Shown: one piece after another, positions 38,141 to 48,736 of the stretch
Layout: every line of letters begins with the position of its first letter
Numbering within the stretch: position 1 is the stretch's first letter
Source: Chloroflexota bacterium
GTDB lineage: Bacteria > Chloroflexota > Dehalococcoidia > JACPQK01
Assembly: GCA_016190505.1 (NCBI GenBank)
Contig: JACPQM010000052.1
Coordinates: forward strand, 21,027-85,026
Reading direction: 5' to 3'
DNA length: 64,000 nucleotides
Notes under the pieces: generated by a model
The model's input: only the letters and a program-made list of their open reading frames with translations
Databases searched by the model: none
What the model was told of the DNA's origin: nothing
Position numbers and translations under genes: made by a program

Positions 38141-39220
38141 TCAACCTAGCCCCTTCCTGGCAGTGGTGAGCGGCCGGGCGCCGCCCTTTTCCAGTACGAC
38201 CGTGTCCTCGATGCGGACGCCGCCCCAGCCCGCCAGGTAGACCCCCGGCTCGATGGTGAATACCATGCCCTCCTCGAGAACGTCCTGGGAAACGTGGCTC
38301 AGACGGGGCAACTCATGCACCGCCAGCCCTACCCCGTGGCCCAAACTATGGCCGAAGGCCTCACCATAGCCCGCCTTCTTGATGAACCCGCGGGCCAGGG
38401 CGTCGGCCTCGGCGCCGGTCATGCCGGCGCGGACCGTACTGAGGGCAGTGAGCTGCGCCCCGAATACAGTATCGTATACCCGCCGGACTTTGTCATCCGG
38501 CTTCCCGAGGCAGACCGTGCGGGTCATGTCGCAGCAGTAGCCGCCAACCCTGGCGCCGATGTCCACTACGATGGTCTCGCCGCGCTCGATGGGGTGGTCT
38601 GAGGGCTGGTGGTGGGGTAGGGCGGCGTTAGGCCCGGCGGCTACGATGGAATCGAAGGCCAGGCCCTGTCCACCTTTCTCGTGAAAGCGCCGCTCGATCT
38701 CCCAGGCCGCGGCGGCCTCGGTCGTCCCGGGCTCCAGGACGGCCGCCACCTCGTCCAGGGTGCGGCTGGTGATCTCGCAGGCCCGGGCCATGAGCGCCAG
38801 CTCCTGCGGCTCTTTGACCTGGCGCAGTGGCTCCACCATTTCCCGGGTGGCCACCAGCCGGGGTCTGCCGTTGGCGGAGGTCCGGCGCATGGCCCCCTTG
38901 AGGGCATAGAACTCGGCCACGGTAAGGTGTTGACTCTCGTAGCCCCAGACCCTGGCGCCGAAGTCCCCGGCGGCGTCGGGGAACCAGTGGCCCAGGTCAC
39001 CCTCGGTCTTGAATAGCTCAAAGTCAGGCGCCTGCTGTGTGGACTGCTCGACATAACGGAAGTCGGTGGCTATTACCGCCTTGTCCTGGGTGATGAGCAG
39101 CATGCCAGCGCTGCCGGTGAACCCTGAAAGGTATCGCCGGTTCTCAGGCTGGGACACCAGAAGGGCGTCCAGCCCGGCCTCGGCAAGCTTCTGGCGCAGC
39201 TTGATAACCCGTTGGTTCAT
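38141..39220 (-). CDS. Xaa-Pro aminopeptidase (M24 family)
   Basis: YLSGFTGS, DMTRT, HSLGHGVG, TIEPG and GVRIED. Confidence 0.93.
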   Translation of the reverse strand: MNQRVIKLRQKLAEAGLDALLVSQPENRRYLSGFTGSAGMLLITQDKAVIATDFRYVEQSTQQAPDFELFKTEGDLGHWFPDAAGDFGARVWGYESQHLTVAEFYALKGAMRRTSANGRPRLVATREMVEPLRQVKEPQELALMARACEITSRTLDEVAAVLEPGTTEAAAAWEIERRFHEKGGQGLAFDSIVAAGPNAALPHHQPSDHPIERGETIVVDIGARVGGYCCDMTRTVCLGKPDDKVRRVYDTVFGAQLTALSTVRAGMTGAEADALARGFIKKAGYGEAFGHSLGHGVGLAVHELPRLSHVSQDVLEEGMVFTIEPGVYLAGWGGVRIEDTVVLEKGGARPLTTARKGLG

Positions 39221-39324
39221 GACTCTGGCTCCGCCCGCATGAATTGGCTTGTCAACTCCGACCGATCGGACTGATCCGTCCGATACGACCTGCCTCGTTC
39301 GGGCCGATACACGCCTGGTCGCAC

Positions 39325-39771
39325 CTAGGCCGTTCCCCCCTGCGACAGAATGGCCGCCAGCGCTTCCAGGGCCAGCAGGTAGCCTCGCCAGCCCAGCCCG
39401 CTGATCTGGCCCCGGGCCACGGGGGCGATGACTGAGTGCTGCCGGAAAGCCTCCCGGGCATAGATGTTGGAGATGTGCACCTCAATGACGGGCAGGCCGG
39501 TGTCTGCCAGTGCGTCCCGCAGGGACAGGCCGTAGTGGGTAAGCGCCCCGGGGTTGATGATGATGCCCTGCGCCAGGGGTCCCTGGGCCTGCAAGAAGTC
39601 CACCAGGTCGCCTTCGCTGTTGGACTGATAGGGCTCCAGCTCCACTCCCAGGTCCTGCCCCCGGCGTAGCAGGAGGGTGTCTATATCGGCCAGCCTTTGG
39701 GTTCCGTAGATATGGGGTTCCCGCGTCCCCAGCGTATTGAGGTTCGGGCCATGTAGCACAAGTATCTTCAC
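39325..39771 (-). CDS. aroQ: Type II 3-dehydroquinate dehydratase
   Basis: HGPNLNTLGTREPHIYG, INPGALTH and EVHISN. Confidence 0.97.
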   Translation of the reverse strand: MKILVLHGPNLNTLGTREPHIYGTQRLADIDTLLLRRGQDLGVELEPYQSNSEGDLVDFLQAQGPLAQGIIINPGALTHYGLSLRDALADTGLPVIEVHISNIYAREAFRQHSVIAPVARGQISGLGWRGYLLALEALAAILSQGGTA

Positions 39772-40865
39772 TTCCCGGTCCCGCTCTCTCCGTGTTTCTG
39801 GGCGCGCGGGTGGCTGCGCAGGTACACCTCGCGGGCCTGGGCCTGGCTGACGTGGGTATAGATCTGGGTTGTGGCCAGTTGGGAGTGGCCCAGCAGCTCC
39901 TGGACCACGCGCAGGTCAGCGCCACCCTCGAGCATGTGGGTGGCGAAGGTGTGGCGCAAAAGGTGGGGATAGACCCGGGATTCGTCCAGCCCAGCCAGCC
40001 GGGCATGCTTCTTGACCGCCAGCTCCAGTCCGCGCACGGTCAGGCGGCCTCCCTTGTTGTTTAGGAACACGGCGTTGGTGGCCCGCGGTCCCGCTAGCTG
40101 GGGCCGCCCTTGCTCCAGGTAGGCGGCCAGGGCGCGGCAGGCCGGCGCCCCCACCAGGGCGATGCGCTCCTTGTTACCTTTGCCCCATACCCGGACCTGG
40201 CGCATACCCAGGCTCACCTGGCCCAGGTCGAGACCGGTCACTTCGGAGGCGCGCACCCCGGAAGCATAGACCAGCTCCAGCAAGGCCCGGTCGCGCAGCC
40301 CCAGGGGCGTGTCAGCCGGCGGGTTCTCCACCAGCCGTCGTATTTCGGACTCCGATAAGAAGTTGGGCAGGCGTACCTCGCGCTTCAACTGGAATCCCTT
40401 GCCCACGGGGCTGGTGGAAACAATCCCTTCCCGCACCAGGTATCTGAAGAATGAGCGGAGGGCGCTGAGCCGCAGGCTCACGCTGGCCCGGGCTGGGTGG
40501 CCCTCGGCCAGCGCCGACAGATACTCACGTATGGTCAGCCGGTCTATTGCCGTCGCCGCAGGGGCGCGATTTATCGCGCCCGAGTCGGCGGGCAGCTGCA
40601 CATTAGATTGTCCGGGTGCGATGACCTGCGCAGGGGGCGCAATGAATTGCGCCCCTACGGGGGGCCGGTCGCCCTGGCGTCCTTTGAGGAACTCCAGGAA
40701 GTCCCGTAGCGCCTGCACGTAGTTGCGCTGGGTGTAGGTGGACAGCCGGCGCTCGGCCTGGAGGTAGCTGGCGTAGCCCTCTACAGCTTGGGCCAGGTCG
40801 GGCGGGGCGCTCTCCATCGCCTCGGACTGGAGCCGGTCAACCTGGCGGGCCGCCGGGTGCGCCAT
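39768..40865 (-). CDS. xerC: Tyrosine recombinase XerC/XerD with an in-frame REP-derived insertion
   Basis: SGVRASE, GKGNKER, PHLLRHTFATH, LLGH and TQIYT; the ATG overlaps the topA stop (TAATG). Confidence 0.9.
   Translation of the reverse strand: MAHPAARQVDRLQSEAMESAPPDLAQAVEGYASYLQAERRLSTYTQRNYVQALRDFLEFLKGRQGDRPPVGAQFIAPPAQVIAPGQSNVQLPADSGAINRAPAATAIDRLTIREYLSALAEGHPARASVSLRLSALRSFFRYLVREGIVSTSPVGKGFQLKREVRLPNFLSESEIRRLVENPPADTPLGLRDRALLELVYASGVRASEVTGLDLGQVSLGMRQVRVWGKGNKERIALVGAPACRALAAYLEQGRPQLAGPRATNAVFLNNKGGRLTVRGLELAVKKHARLAGLDESRVYPHLLRHTFATHMLEGGADLRVVQELLGHSQLATTQIYTHVSQAQAREVYLRSHPRAQKHGESGTGK
40558..40658. repeat. Inverted REP pair inside the xerC coding sequence
   Basis: GCAGGGGCGCGATTTATCGCGCCC (40558-81, +) and GTAGGGGCGCAATTCATTGCGCCC (40635-58, -). 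Confidence 0.8.
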
Positions 40866-43027
40866 TACCTGGCCACTCCCACGGGTCCTTCGCGCGGCTC
40901 CGGGCTTGCTCCGCTTGGCTCGTCCCGACCTGTGGGGGCACTGGTCACGGTCTCGTGACACTTCAGGCACTCGCCCCGCTCCTGTTTGCGCCCGTTGCTT
41001 ACTACCAGGCTGCCACACTTGGGGCAGGCCTGAGGCAAGGGCAAGCCGAAGGTGCTGAAGCTGCATTTGGGGTAGTTGCGGCAGCCCCAGAAAAAGCGTT
41101 TTTTCTTCGTCCGGCGCTGGACCACCTCGCCGCCGCATTCCGGGCACACTCCGGCGGCCTTGACCAACAGCGGCTCGGCGGTGCGGCATTCGGGGAAGCC
41201 GGAGCAGGAGATGAACTTTCCGAAACGGCCGTACTTGATGACCATGGGCCGCCCGCAGTTGGGGCAGTCCTTACCGGCCGGCTCGGCTATTTTTACCTTG
41301 GGAATGGCGGCGCTGGCGGAGGTCACCACCTCGTTAAAGGGGGTGTAGAACTCCTGGAGCACGGGGACCCTCTCCCGTTTGCCCTCGGCGATGTCGTCCA
41401 GCTCCTCCTCCATATGGGCGGTGAAGGCCACGTCCATCACCTGGGGGAAGTGCTCGGTGAGCAGGTCGCTGACTGCCAGGCCCAGGGCTGTGGGCTTGAG
41501 GTGGCCATCCACGCGCTCCACGTAGTCCCGCTGGTTCAGAGTTACCATGATGGCGGCGTAGGTAGATGGGCGCCCGATGCCATTCTCTTCCAGAGCCTTG
41601 ATGAGGCTGGCCTCGCTGTACCTGGGTGGAGGTTGGGTGAACTTCTGGTCGGAGGAAAGGTTGTGCAACTCCAGGACCTCTCCTTTGTTCAGGGGTGGGA
41701 ATACGGCGGTCTCCGATTCGTCCCCGGCCTCGTCCCTCCCCTCCTGGTAGACGGCAATGAACCCTGGGAACTTGACCACGGTGCCGCTAGCCCGGAAAAC
41801 GTAGGTCTCTTGCCTGGTCTTGGCGTGCACGTCCACGGTGGTGGTCTCGATTCGGGCAGCGGCCATCTGGGAGGCCACCATGCGCTTCCAGATCAGCTCG
41901 TAAAGGCGGGTCTGGTCGCGGTTCAAGTATGGCTTGACCCGCTCCGGCTCGCGTTCGGCCGAGGTGGGGCGGATGGCCTCGTGGGCCTCCTGGGCGCCGG
42001 CGGCCTTGGTGCGAAATATCCGTGGGGTGGGGGAGAGGTAATCTTGGCCGAACTTAGCGGCGATGTAGTCCCGAAACTCGTCCCGGGCAGAGTTGGCCAC
42101 GTGGGTAGAGTCAGTCCGCATGTAGGTGATGAGGCCTACCTGACCCTCTGAACCCAGGGGCAAACCCTCGTACAACTGCTGGGCCACCGCCATGGTGCGC
42201 TGGGCGGAGAAGCGCAGCTTGCGCCAGGCCTCCTGCTGGAGCGTGCTGGTGATAAAAGGTGGTGACGGATTGCGCTGGCCTGCCTTCCGAGTAATGGCGG
42301 CCACCTGGTAGGGGGCGCCCTTGAGGCGACTGACCAGGCCCTCCGCCTGCTTGTCGTCCCCAACGGTGAGCTTTCCCTTCTGCCCGGCGATGCCGGTCAG
42401 GGTGGCATTGAAGGTCTGTGGTTGCCCCACCTTGGACAGCTCGGCCCCGATGACCCAGTACTCTTGGGGAATGAAGGCCAGGATCTCCCGTTCGCGGTCG
42501 GCCACCAGGCGTAGGGCCACCGACTGCACACGGCCCGCGGAAAGCCCCCGGCGCACTTTTTGCCACAGCAGCGGGCTGAGCTTGTAGCCCACCAGCCGGT
42601 CCAGAATGCGTCTGGCCTGTTGCGCCTCCACCAGGCGCACGTCAATGTCCCGGGGGTGACGAAAGGCCTGGGCTACGGCCTGGCGTGTGATCTCGTGGAA
42701 TGCCACCCGGTGCAGGGGCCTGCTATCTATCCCCAGGGCCTGGACCAGGTGCCAGGAGATGGCCTCGCCCTCACGGTCCGGGTCAGTGGCCAGATAGATG
42801 TCGGAAGCCCGCCCCGCCGCACCTTTGAGTTCCTTGACGACTTCTTTCCGGTCGGGGACCAGGACATACTGGGGGATGAATCCCTCATCTACATCCACGC
42901 CCAGCTTGGACTTGGGCAAGTCCCGGACGTGGCCCAGACAGGCCTTGACCTGGTATCCTTTGCCCAGGAACCCGCCCAGAGTGCGCGCCTTGGCGGGCGA
43001 CTCAACTATGACTAGCTTGCTTGGCAT
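40865..43027 (-). CDS. topA: DNA topoisomerase I
   Basis: VIVESPAKA, ATDPDREGE, SAGRVQS, YMRTDS and C-terminal Zn ribbons. Confidence 0.97.
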   Translation of the reverse strand: MPSKLVIVESPAKARTLGGFLGKGYQVKACLGHVRDLPKSKLGVDVDEGFIPQYVLVPDRKEVVKELKGAAGRASDIYLATDPDREGEAISWHLVQALGIDSRPLHRVAFHEITRQAVAQAFRHPRDIDVRLVEAQQARRILDRLVGYKLSPLLWQKVRRGLSAGRVQSVALRLVADREREILAFIPQEYWVIGAELSKVGQPQTFNATLTGIAGQKGKLTVGDDKQAEGLVSRLKGAPYQVAAITRKAGQRNPSPPFITSTLQQEAWRKLRFSAQRTMAVAQQLYEGLPLGSEGQVGLITYMRTDSTHVANSARDEFRDYIAAKFGQDYLSPTPRIFRTKAAGAQEAHEAIRPTSAEREPERVKPYLNRDQTRLYELIWKRMVASQMAAARIETTTVDVHAKTRQETYVFRASGTVVKFPGFIAVYQEGRDEAGDESETAVFPPLNKGEVLELHNLSSDQKFTQPPPRYSEASLIKALEENGIGRPSTYAAIMVTLNQRDYVERVDGHLKPTALGLAVSDLLTEHFPQVMDVAFTAHMEEELDDIAEGKRERVPVLQEFYTPFNEVVTSASAAIPKVKIAEPAGKDCPNCGRPMVIKYGRFGKFISCSGFPECRTAEPLLVKAAGVCPECGGEVVQRRTKKKRFFWGCRNYPKCSFSTFGLPLPQACPKCGSLVVSNGRKQERGECLKCHETVTSAPTGRDEPSGASPEPREGPVGVAR

Positions 43028-43062
43028 AACTTAGCTGCTTGTCCCTTCCTGTAAGCGTGGGC

Positions 43063-44214
43063 TCATGTTGCCTGATAGCTGGCGGCGGCTTCGCGCGCCC
43101 GAATATAGTTCATGGCGCCGACCTGCTTGACTAACCCCTTCAGTTCCATCATAACAAGGGCGCTGCTTACCGTGGGCAGAGGCAGCCCAGACGCCCGGCA
43201 GACCTCGTCAATGTGGGTGGGCTGAAGGGAAAGGTGGCGAAGCAGCAAAGCCTCATTGGCCTCGATCGGCGGGGCCGCCGGAGGCTCCTCAGAGACGGGT
43301 GCCTTCGGGAGATCCCTGGGGCGCTCCGCCGGGCGCGGCGCCGCCAGCCCCAGATTTAGCTCTTCAAGGATGTCCTGGAAGCCGTGCACCAGCTTGGCCC
43401 CATCCTGAATAAGGCGGTGGCAGCCCAGGCTGCGGGGGGAGAAGATGCTGCCCGGTACGGCAAAGACCTCCCGGTTCTGCTCCAGCGCCCACCGGGCGGT
43501 GATCAGTGCGCCGCTGCCCTCGCCTGCCTCGACCACTAGCACACCCAGACTCAGTCCGCTCATGATGCGGTTGCGGCGGGGGAAGTTGTCGGCCCGCGGC
43601 CGGGTGCCCAGGGGATAGTCGCACACCACCGCGCCCCGGGCGGCGACTTCGCGGGCGAGCTGCGTGTGCTCCGGGGGATACACAATGTCCGGGCCACTGG
43701 CCACTACGGCGATGGTCTGACCGCCCGCCGCCAGGGCGGCCCGGTGGGCCACGGCGTCAATGCCTCGGGCCAGGCCACTCACGACGGTCACACCGTGCCG
43801 TGCCAGGTCGGAGGATAGCTGTCCGGCGACCTCTTTGCCGTAGGCGCTGGCCTCGCGGGTGCCCACCACCGCGATGGCCGTCTGGTCCTGGGGGGTCAGG
43901 GTGCCCTTGACATAAAGCACAGGCGGAAGGTCATAGATCTCTTTCAACCTGGGCGGGTAGGCAGAGTCTTTCCAGGTGATGGCCTGGACGCCCTGTCGCT
44001 CCAGGCGCTCCATCTCGGCCTCGGGGTAGACCTCGCCGCGGCGGGCGATGATGGCCTCCACCGACCTGGCATCCAGGCCGGCGGCGTGCAACTCGGAGGC
44101 TGAGGCACGCCAGGCCTCGCCCAGGTCGCCGAAGCGCTCCTGGAGCAGGGCGAACTTGGCCCGCCCGATGCCTGGGACCAGGTTGAAGGCTACCCAGTAC
44201 TTGGTATCATCCAA
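43063..44214 (-). CDS. dprA: DNA-processing protein DprA
   Basis: AVVGTR, VSGLARGID, FPRRNRIMSG and SGALITA. Confidence 0.96.
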   Translation of the reverse strand: MDDTKYWVAFNLVPGIGRAKFALLQERFGDLGEAWRASASELHAAGLDARSVEAIIARRGEVYPEAEMERLERQGVQAITWKDSAYPPRLKEIYDLPPVLYVKGTLTPQDQTAIAVVGTREASAYGKEVAGQLSSDLARHGVTVVSGLARGIDAVAHRAALAAGGQTIAVVASGPDIVYPPEHTQLAREVAARGAVVCDYPLGTRPRADNFPRRNRIMSGLSLGVLVVEAGEGSGALITARWALEQNREVFAVPGSIFSPRSLGCHRLIQDGAKLVHGFQDILEELNLGLAAPRPAERPRDLPKAPVSEEPPAAPPIEANEALLLRHLSLQPTHIDEVCRASGLPLPTVSSALVMMELKGLVKQVGAMNYIRAREAAASYQAT

Positions 44215-44263
44215 GGCCGAACTATTGTAGCACAGGGGAACGACACAATTTGGCTTGGCCCAA

Positions 44264-44803
44264 CTACCGGAATGGATGGATGGCCAGGTAGATGGCTATG
44301 GCCAGCACCACCAGTCCGTACAGGCTCTGGCCGAAGGTGAGCCAGGGCGCCAGCACGCTGACCAGGCCGTAGCTCAGGAAGGTACTGACCCCGACGATGA
44401 TCTGGAAGCCCAGTCCCCGCTTCCGGTTCACCGAAAGGCTCACGATCTGGCCAATGAGGTAGCCCGCCCCGACTGCCAGAAGCAAAGGCACGAAGGGCAA
44501 AGGTATCATGGCACCGAGAACGCGCCAGGCGACGCCTATGCCCACCGCCGATCCCAGCCCGACCGCAAGCGCCAGCACATAGTGGTGGGCGCCGACCTGG
44601 AAGGTGGGCAGGCGTTGGACCCGGGCACACGCCCGGCAGCGGGCGCCCACTGGCGTCTGCACCAGGCATCTGGGGCAGATGGGCGTGCCGCACCGGGAGC
44701 AGGTGAGGCGCGTCTCGACGTCGGGGTGGATAGCGCAGCGCACAGGTCTTAGCGCCCGTCCCCCTGACGGGCCTGGTCTGGCGGTGGGCGCCGGTGTACC
44801 CAC
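44264..44803 (-). CDS. Membrane protein with N-terminal B-box-like Zn finger
   Basis: CAIHP...CSRCGTPICPRC...CRAC followed by about 4 hydrophobic helices. Confidence 0.75.
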   Translation of the reverse strand: MGTPAPTARPGPSGGRALRPVRCAIHPDVETRLTCSRCGTPICPRCLVQTPVGARCRACARVQRLPTFQVGAHHYVLALAVGLGSAVGIGVAWRVLGAMIPLPFVPLLLAVGAGYLIGQIVSLSVNRKRGLGFQIIVGVSTFLSYGLVSVLAPWLTFGQSLYGLVVLAIAIYLAIHPFR

Positions 44804-45438
44804 TCGCTACGTCTGGGTACGTCCCGGTCGAAGAAGACGCGGTACAACAGCCGGCGGCCCCACGGTTGGGGTGGGGAAGGAGTCCCGGGATTTCCGGCGA
44901 GTCGCTTGGCCAGTATCAACGCCACCAGGCCCACGCAGGCCACAGTGATTATTCCGGGCTCTTCCAGCAGGACACTCCAGAGCGGTAGGAACACCGCACT
45001 GACCGCCACGACCAGCGGTGGATTGCGCAACAGCGACAGCAGCACCAGAGAAGCTGCCGCGAAGACCATGGTCAGACCTGGGGCCAATGCCACCAGCGCT
45101 CCGAGACCGGTCCCGGCACCCCTGCCGCCGGCGAACTTGAGGTAAGGGGACCAGTTGTGCCCGGCCACCGCAGCCCAACCGGCCACCGCTTGTACCCATA
45201 AGCCCAGGTCCAGCCACCGGGCAACCAGCACGGGCGCGGCCCCCTTGGCGATGTCCAGTGCGACCGTAGCCGCGCCGCCACGGCGGCTCACCGTTGCCCA
45301 GACGTTGGCCGCGCCGACGTTGCCCGAGCCATAACGCCGGATGTCAATGCCGCTAACCCAGCGTCCAGCCATATAGGCGAACGGCACTGCGCCCAGGAGA
45401 TATGCTCCCACTGCCAGAAGCCAGCCCTCGGTCGGCAT
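44749..45438 (-). CDS. plsY: Glycerol-3-phosphate acyltransferase
   Basis: YLLGAVP, GSGNVGAAN, LDIAKG and GHNWS...GGRG. Confidence 0.9.
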   Translation of the reverse strand: MPTEGWLLAVGAYLLGAVPFAYMAGRWVSGIDIRRYGSGNVGAANVWATVSRRGGAATVALDIAKGAAPVLVARWLDLGLWVQAVAGWAAVAGHNWSPYLKFAGGRGAGTGLGALVALAPGLTMVFAAASLVLLSLLRNPPLVVAVSAVFLPLWSVLLEEPGIITVACVGLVALILAKRLAGNPGTPSPPQPWGRRLLYRVFFDRDVPRRSEWVHRRPPPDQARQGDGR

Positions 45439-45504
45439 CGCCGTCAGCCACTCACCCTGACATGCCTGTAGCTGGCGCTAGCTCTTGCGCCCTGTGACTG
45501 GACG

Positions 45505-46350
45505 TTAGCGCACATGGGCCTTTCGGCGCTGTTCCGCCATTTCCATTAGCTTCTGGGCCGACTCCCAGGGAATGCTGAGGCTACCTAGCTCGGCCTCCCC
45601 CTTGCCTCCGTGCCCATGGTAGTCACTTCCGCCAGTTACCAGGAGCCCGTAGCGACGGGCGGCCTTCAACAGGCGTTCGCATATCTCCGGGCAGTACCCA
45701 CTGTAGTAGACCTCGATGCCCACCAGTCCGGCGCCAGTTAGCTCCGAAAGGTAGCTGTACAGCCCTTCCATCTCGCCCGGGTGGGCCAGCACTGGTAAGC
45801 TCCCGACCTTCGCCAAGAGGGACACTGCCTCGACAGGCGTCAGCTTCTCCCGCTCAGCGTAAGCTGGGCCATCGCGGCCGATATACTTTACGAAGGCTTC
45901 CTGGAAGGAGCCGACGTGCCCTGCCTCCAGAAGGGCCTCGGCTACGTGGGGGCGGCCCACGGAGCCGCCGTTGGCCAGCTCCAGCACGCGGTCCCACCGG
46001 ATGGGCATGCCCAAGCGGCGCAGCTTTTCCACCATGTGCCTGGCCCGGTCCAGGCGGGAGCTGCGCATTATGTCCAGGCGTGCCTGGAAGTCTTTGTCCT
46101 GGTAGTCCACATAGTAGCCCAGCACGTGCACCTCGCCCTTGGGCACGTCAGTGCTCAGCTCCACACCGGGGATGACTACCAGGTCAGGGTAGTCTCGGGC
46201 CGTCTCCAGGGCTTCGGCGATCCCTTCCGTAGAGTCGTGGTCGGTAATCGCAATCACCGATAGACCCCTGCGGGCTGCCTCAGTAACGAGTTGGCCAGGG
46301 GTGAGCACGCCGTCAGAGGCGGTGGTGTGGAGATGCAGGTCTACTTTCAT
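45505..46350 (-). CDS. PHP domain protein (TrpH/YciV-like)
   Basis: DLHLHTTASDG, ITDHD, GRPHVA and GGSDYHG. Confidence 0.9.
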   Translation of the reverse strand: MKVDLHLHTTASDGVLTPGQLVTEAARRGLSVIAITDHDSTEGIAEALETARDYPDLVVIPGVELSTDVPKGEVHVLGYYVDYQDKDFQARLDIMRSSRLDRARHMVEKLRRLGMPIRWDRVLELANGGSVGRPHVAEALLEAGHVGSFQEAFVKYIGRDGPAYAEREKLTPVEAVSLLAKVGSLPVLAHPGEMEGLYSYLSELTGAGLVGIEVYYSGYCPEICERLLKAARRYGLLVTGGSDYHGHGGKGEAELGSLSIPWESAQKLMEMAEQRRKAHVR

Positions 46351-47120
46351 GCCAGTTCCTTGTCAATACGCGCTATTTGCAGTGATCGGCCCGTGGCAAG
46401 GTCTATCTCGATGAGCACCGAGTTGAAGACGACGGGATGCGACTGCTTGGCCACGGGCAGGCGGCGGGGCATCTGGGTCAGGAAACGGGTCAACACCGCT
46501 TCCGGCTCGTCGCCGATAACGGAAAATATAGGGCCCACCATGCCCACGTCCGTAATACAAGCAGTCCCCCGAGGGAGTATGCGGGCGTCCACCGTGCCCA
46601 CGTGGGTGTGGGTGCCCACCACAGCGCTGGCCCGCCCATCCAGGTGCCAGCCCATGGCCCCTTTCTCAGAAGTGGCCTCCGCGTGCAGGTCAACTATGAC
46701 CACCGGTGGCCTGTCCTTTAGCTCCGACAGCAGCCGGTCCATGGCCCGGAAGGGACAGTCCACGGCAGTCATAAAGGTCCGCCCCAGGAGGTTAACCACC
46801 AAAGCCCCGTTTCGCACCAGGTAGCCCCGCCCGGGCACGCCCAGAGGGTAGTTGAGGGGGCGCAGTATGGGGGCCTCGCCATCCAGGTGAGGGATGATCT
46901 CTTTCTCGTCCCAAATGTGATTACCGGATGTCAGCACGTCCACGCCGCTGGAGAGAAGCTCGTCAGCGGTGTCCAGGGTCAGGCCCAGGCCACCAGCGGC
47001 GTTCTCGGCGTTGGCCACTACCAGGTCAACGTGATGTTGCTTCCGGAGGCCCGGGAGCAGCTCCTTTACCGCATGGCGCCCAGGCCGCCCGATTACATCC
47101 CCAATGACCAGCACCTTCAA
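46347..47120 (-). CDS. ymdB: YmdB-like metallophosphoesterase (TIGR00282)
   Basis: GDVIGRPGR, ENAAGG, TSGNH, HAEATSEK and GTHTHV. Confidence 0.92.
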   Translation of the reverse strand: MKVLVIGDVIGRPGRHAVKELLPGLRKQHHVDLVVANAENAAGGLGLTLDTADELLSSGVDVLTSGNHIWDEKEIIPHLDGEAPILRPLNYPLGVPGRGYLVRNGALVVNLLGRTFMTAVDCPFRAMDRLLSELKDRPPVVIVDLHAEATSEKGAMGWHLDGRASAVVGTHTHVGTVDARILPRGTACITDVGMVGPIFSVIGDEPEAVLTRFLTQMPRRLPVAKQSHPVVFNSVLIEIDLATGRSLQIARIDKELA

Positions 47121-47130
47121 AGCTGCCGCC

Positions 47131-48660
47131 TCAGCGAGCGATCTCCACAGCCCGGGTCTCCCGGATGACGTTGACCTTCACCTGGCCCGGGTACTGGAGG
47201 TTCTCCTCGATCTTTTTGACGATGTCCCGGGCCAACCGGATAACGCCCAGATCGTCAATCTGGTCAGGCTTGACGATAATACGTACCTCACGGCCGGCCT
47301 GGATAGCGTAGGACTTCTCCACACCCTGAAAGGAGTTGGCGATAGCTTCCAGGGACTCAAGCCGTTTGACGTACTGCTCCAGGGACTCGCGGCGTGCCCC
47401 GGGGCGTCCGCCGCTGACGGCATCAGCCGCCGCCACCAGATAGCCCTCCACCGTGGTGCAGGGCACCTCTCCGTGATGGGCGGCCAGGGCCTCCACGACA
47501 TCGGGGGGGCACCCATAGCGACGGGCCAGGTCCGCCCCAATGAGGGAGTGAGTCCCCTCCACCTCGTGGTCCACTGCCTTGCCAATATCGTGGAGCAGGC
47601 CAGCCCGTCGGGCCAGGTCCACGTTGGCGCCGAGCTCGGTGGCCATCATGACCGCGATGTGGGCCACCTCCAGGCTGTGCCTGAGCACGTTCTGCCCGTA
47701 GCTGAAACGGAAGTAGAGCCGTCCCAGGAGCTTGACCAGCTCCAGGTGCAAGCCCGGAATTCCCGCCTCCAGGGCCGCGCGTTCCCCTTCAGCCTTGATG
47801 GTGGTGTCCACCTCGTTCTGGGCCTTCTCCACCATCTCCTCGATGCGGGCGGGGTGGATGCGCCCGTCCAGGATAAGCTTACTCAGGGCGAGGCGCGCCA
47901 CCTCTCGGCGCACCGGGTCGAAGGTGGACACGGCCACGGTCTCCGGGGTATCGTCAATGATCAGGTCCACGCCCGTGGCCTGCTCGAAGGCCCGGATATT
48001 GCGGCCCTCGCGTCCGATCACCCGCCCCTTCATTTCGTCGTTGGGCAATGGGACCACGGAGACAGTAGTCTCGGAGACCACGTCTGTGGCGCAGCGCTGG
48101 ATGGCCTGGGCCACAATCTCCCTGGCTTTGGCGTCGGCCTCTTCCTTGACCTGGGCCTCCGCCTGCCTGGCCACCTTTGCCGCGTCGTCGCGGACCTCGT
48201 CCTCGATGCGCTTGAGCAGCAGGGCCTTGGCCTCGGCGGTAGACAGGCCGGAGGTCATCTCCAACTGCTGGAGCTCTCTCTTGCGGAGCTCGTCCACCTG
48301 TGTGCGGACCTGAGCGGTCTCCCGCTCCTTCTGCTCCAGGGCGCGGCTGCGCCGCTCCAAGCCCTCGATCTTCCGGTCCAGGTTCTCTTCCTTCTGGGCT
48401 ACCCGGCGCTCCAGGCGCTGGAGGTCGGCCCGGCGCTGGCGGATCTCTGTCTCTCCGGCTTGCTTGAGGCTGATGGCCTCTTCTTTGGCTTGAAGCAGGA
48501 TCTCTTTCTGCTGGGACTTGGTCTCCTCCAATAGGCGTGAGGTCTCCGCCTGCATACGCTGCCGCTGTTTCCCCAGTACCAGTGCCTGGAAGGCCAAGCT
48601 AAGCCCGGCTCCTACAGCCAGGGCTAATACGGCGACTATTATGGTAATTGCAGTCCCCAT
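47131..48660 (-). CDS. rny: Ribonuclease Y
   Basis: N-terminal TM, coiled coil, KH ([13 protein letters not shown]) and HD (LLHDIGK). Confidence 0.97.
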   Translation of the reverse strand: MGTAITIIVAVLALAVGAGLSLAFQALVLGKQRQRMQAETSRLLEETKSQQKEILLQAKEEAISLKQAGETEIRQRRADLQRLERRVAQKEENLDRKIEGLERRSRALEQKERETAQVRTQVDELRKRELQQLEMTSGLSTAEAKALLLKRIEDEVRDDAAKVARQAEAQVKEEADAKAREIVAQAIQRCATDVVSETTVSVVPLPNDEMKGRVIGREGRNIRAFEQATGVDLIIDDTPETVAVSTFDPVRREVARLALSKLILDGRIHPARIEEMVEKAQNEVDTTIKAEGERAALEAGIPGLHLELVKLLGRLYFRFSYGQNVLRHSLEVAHIAVMMATELGANVDLARRAGLLHDIGKAVDHEVEGTHSLIGADLARRYGCPPDVVEALAAHHGEVPCTTVEGYLVAAADAVSGGRPGARRESLEQYVKRLESLEAIANSFQGVEKSYAIQAGREVRIIVKPDQIDDLGVIRLARDIVKKIEENLQYPGQVKVNVIRETRAVEIAR

Positions 48661-48736
48661 GGCAATAGCTCACTTTCTGTTGATCCCGCCATGGTTGTGA
48701 CCATTCGGGCTATCATACGTTTACCTATGTGTGTAG

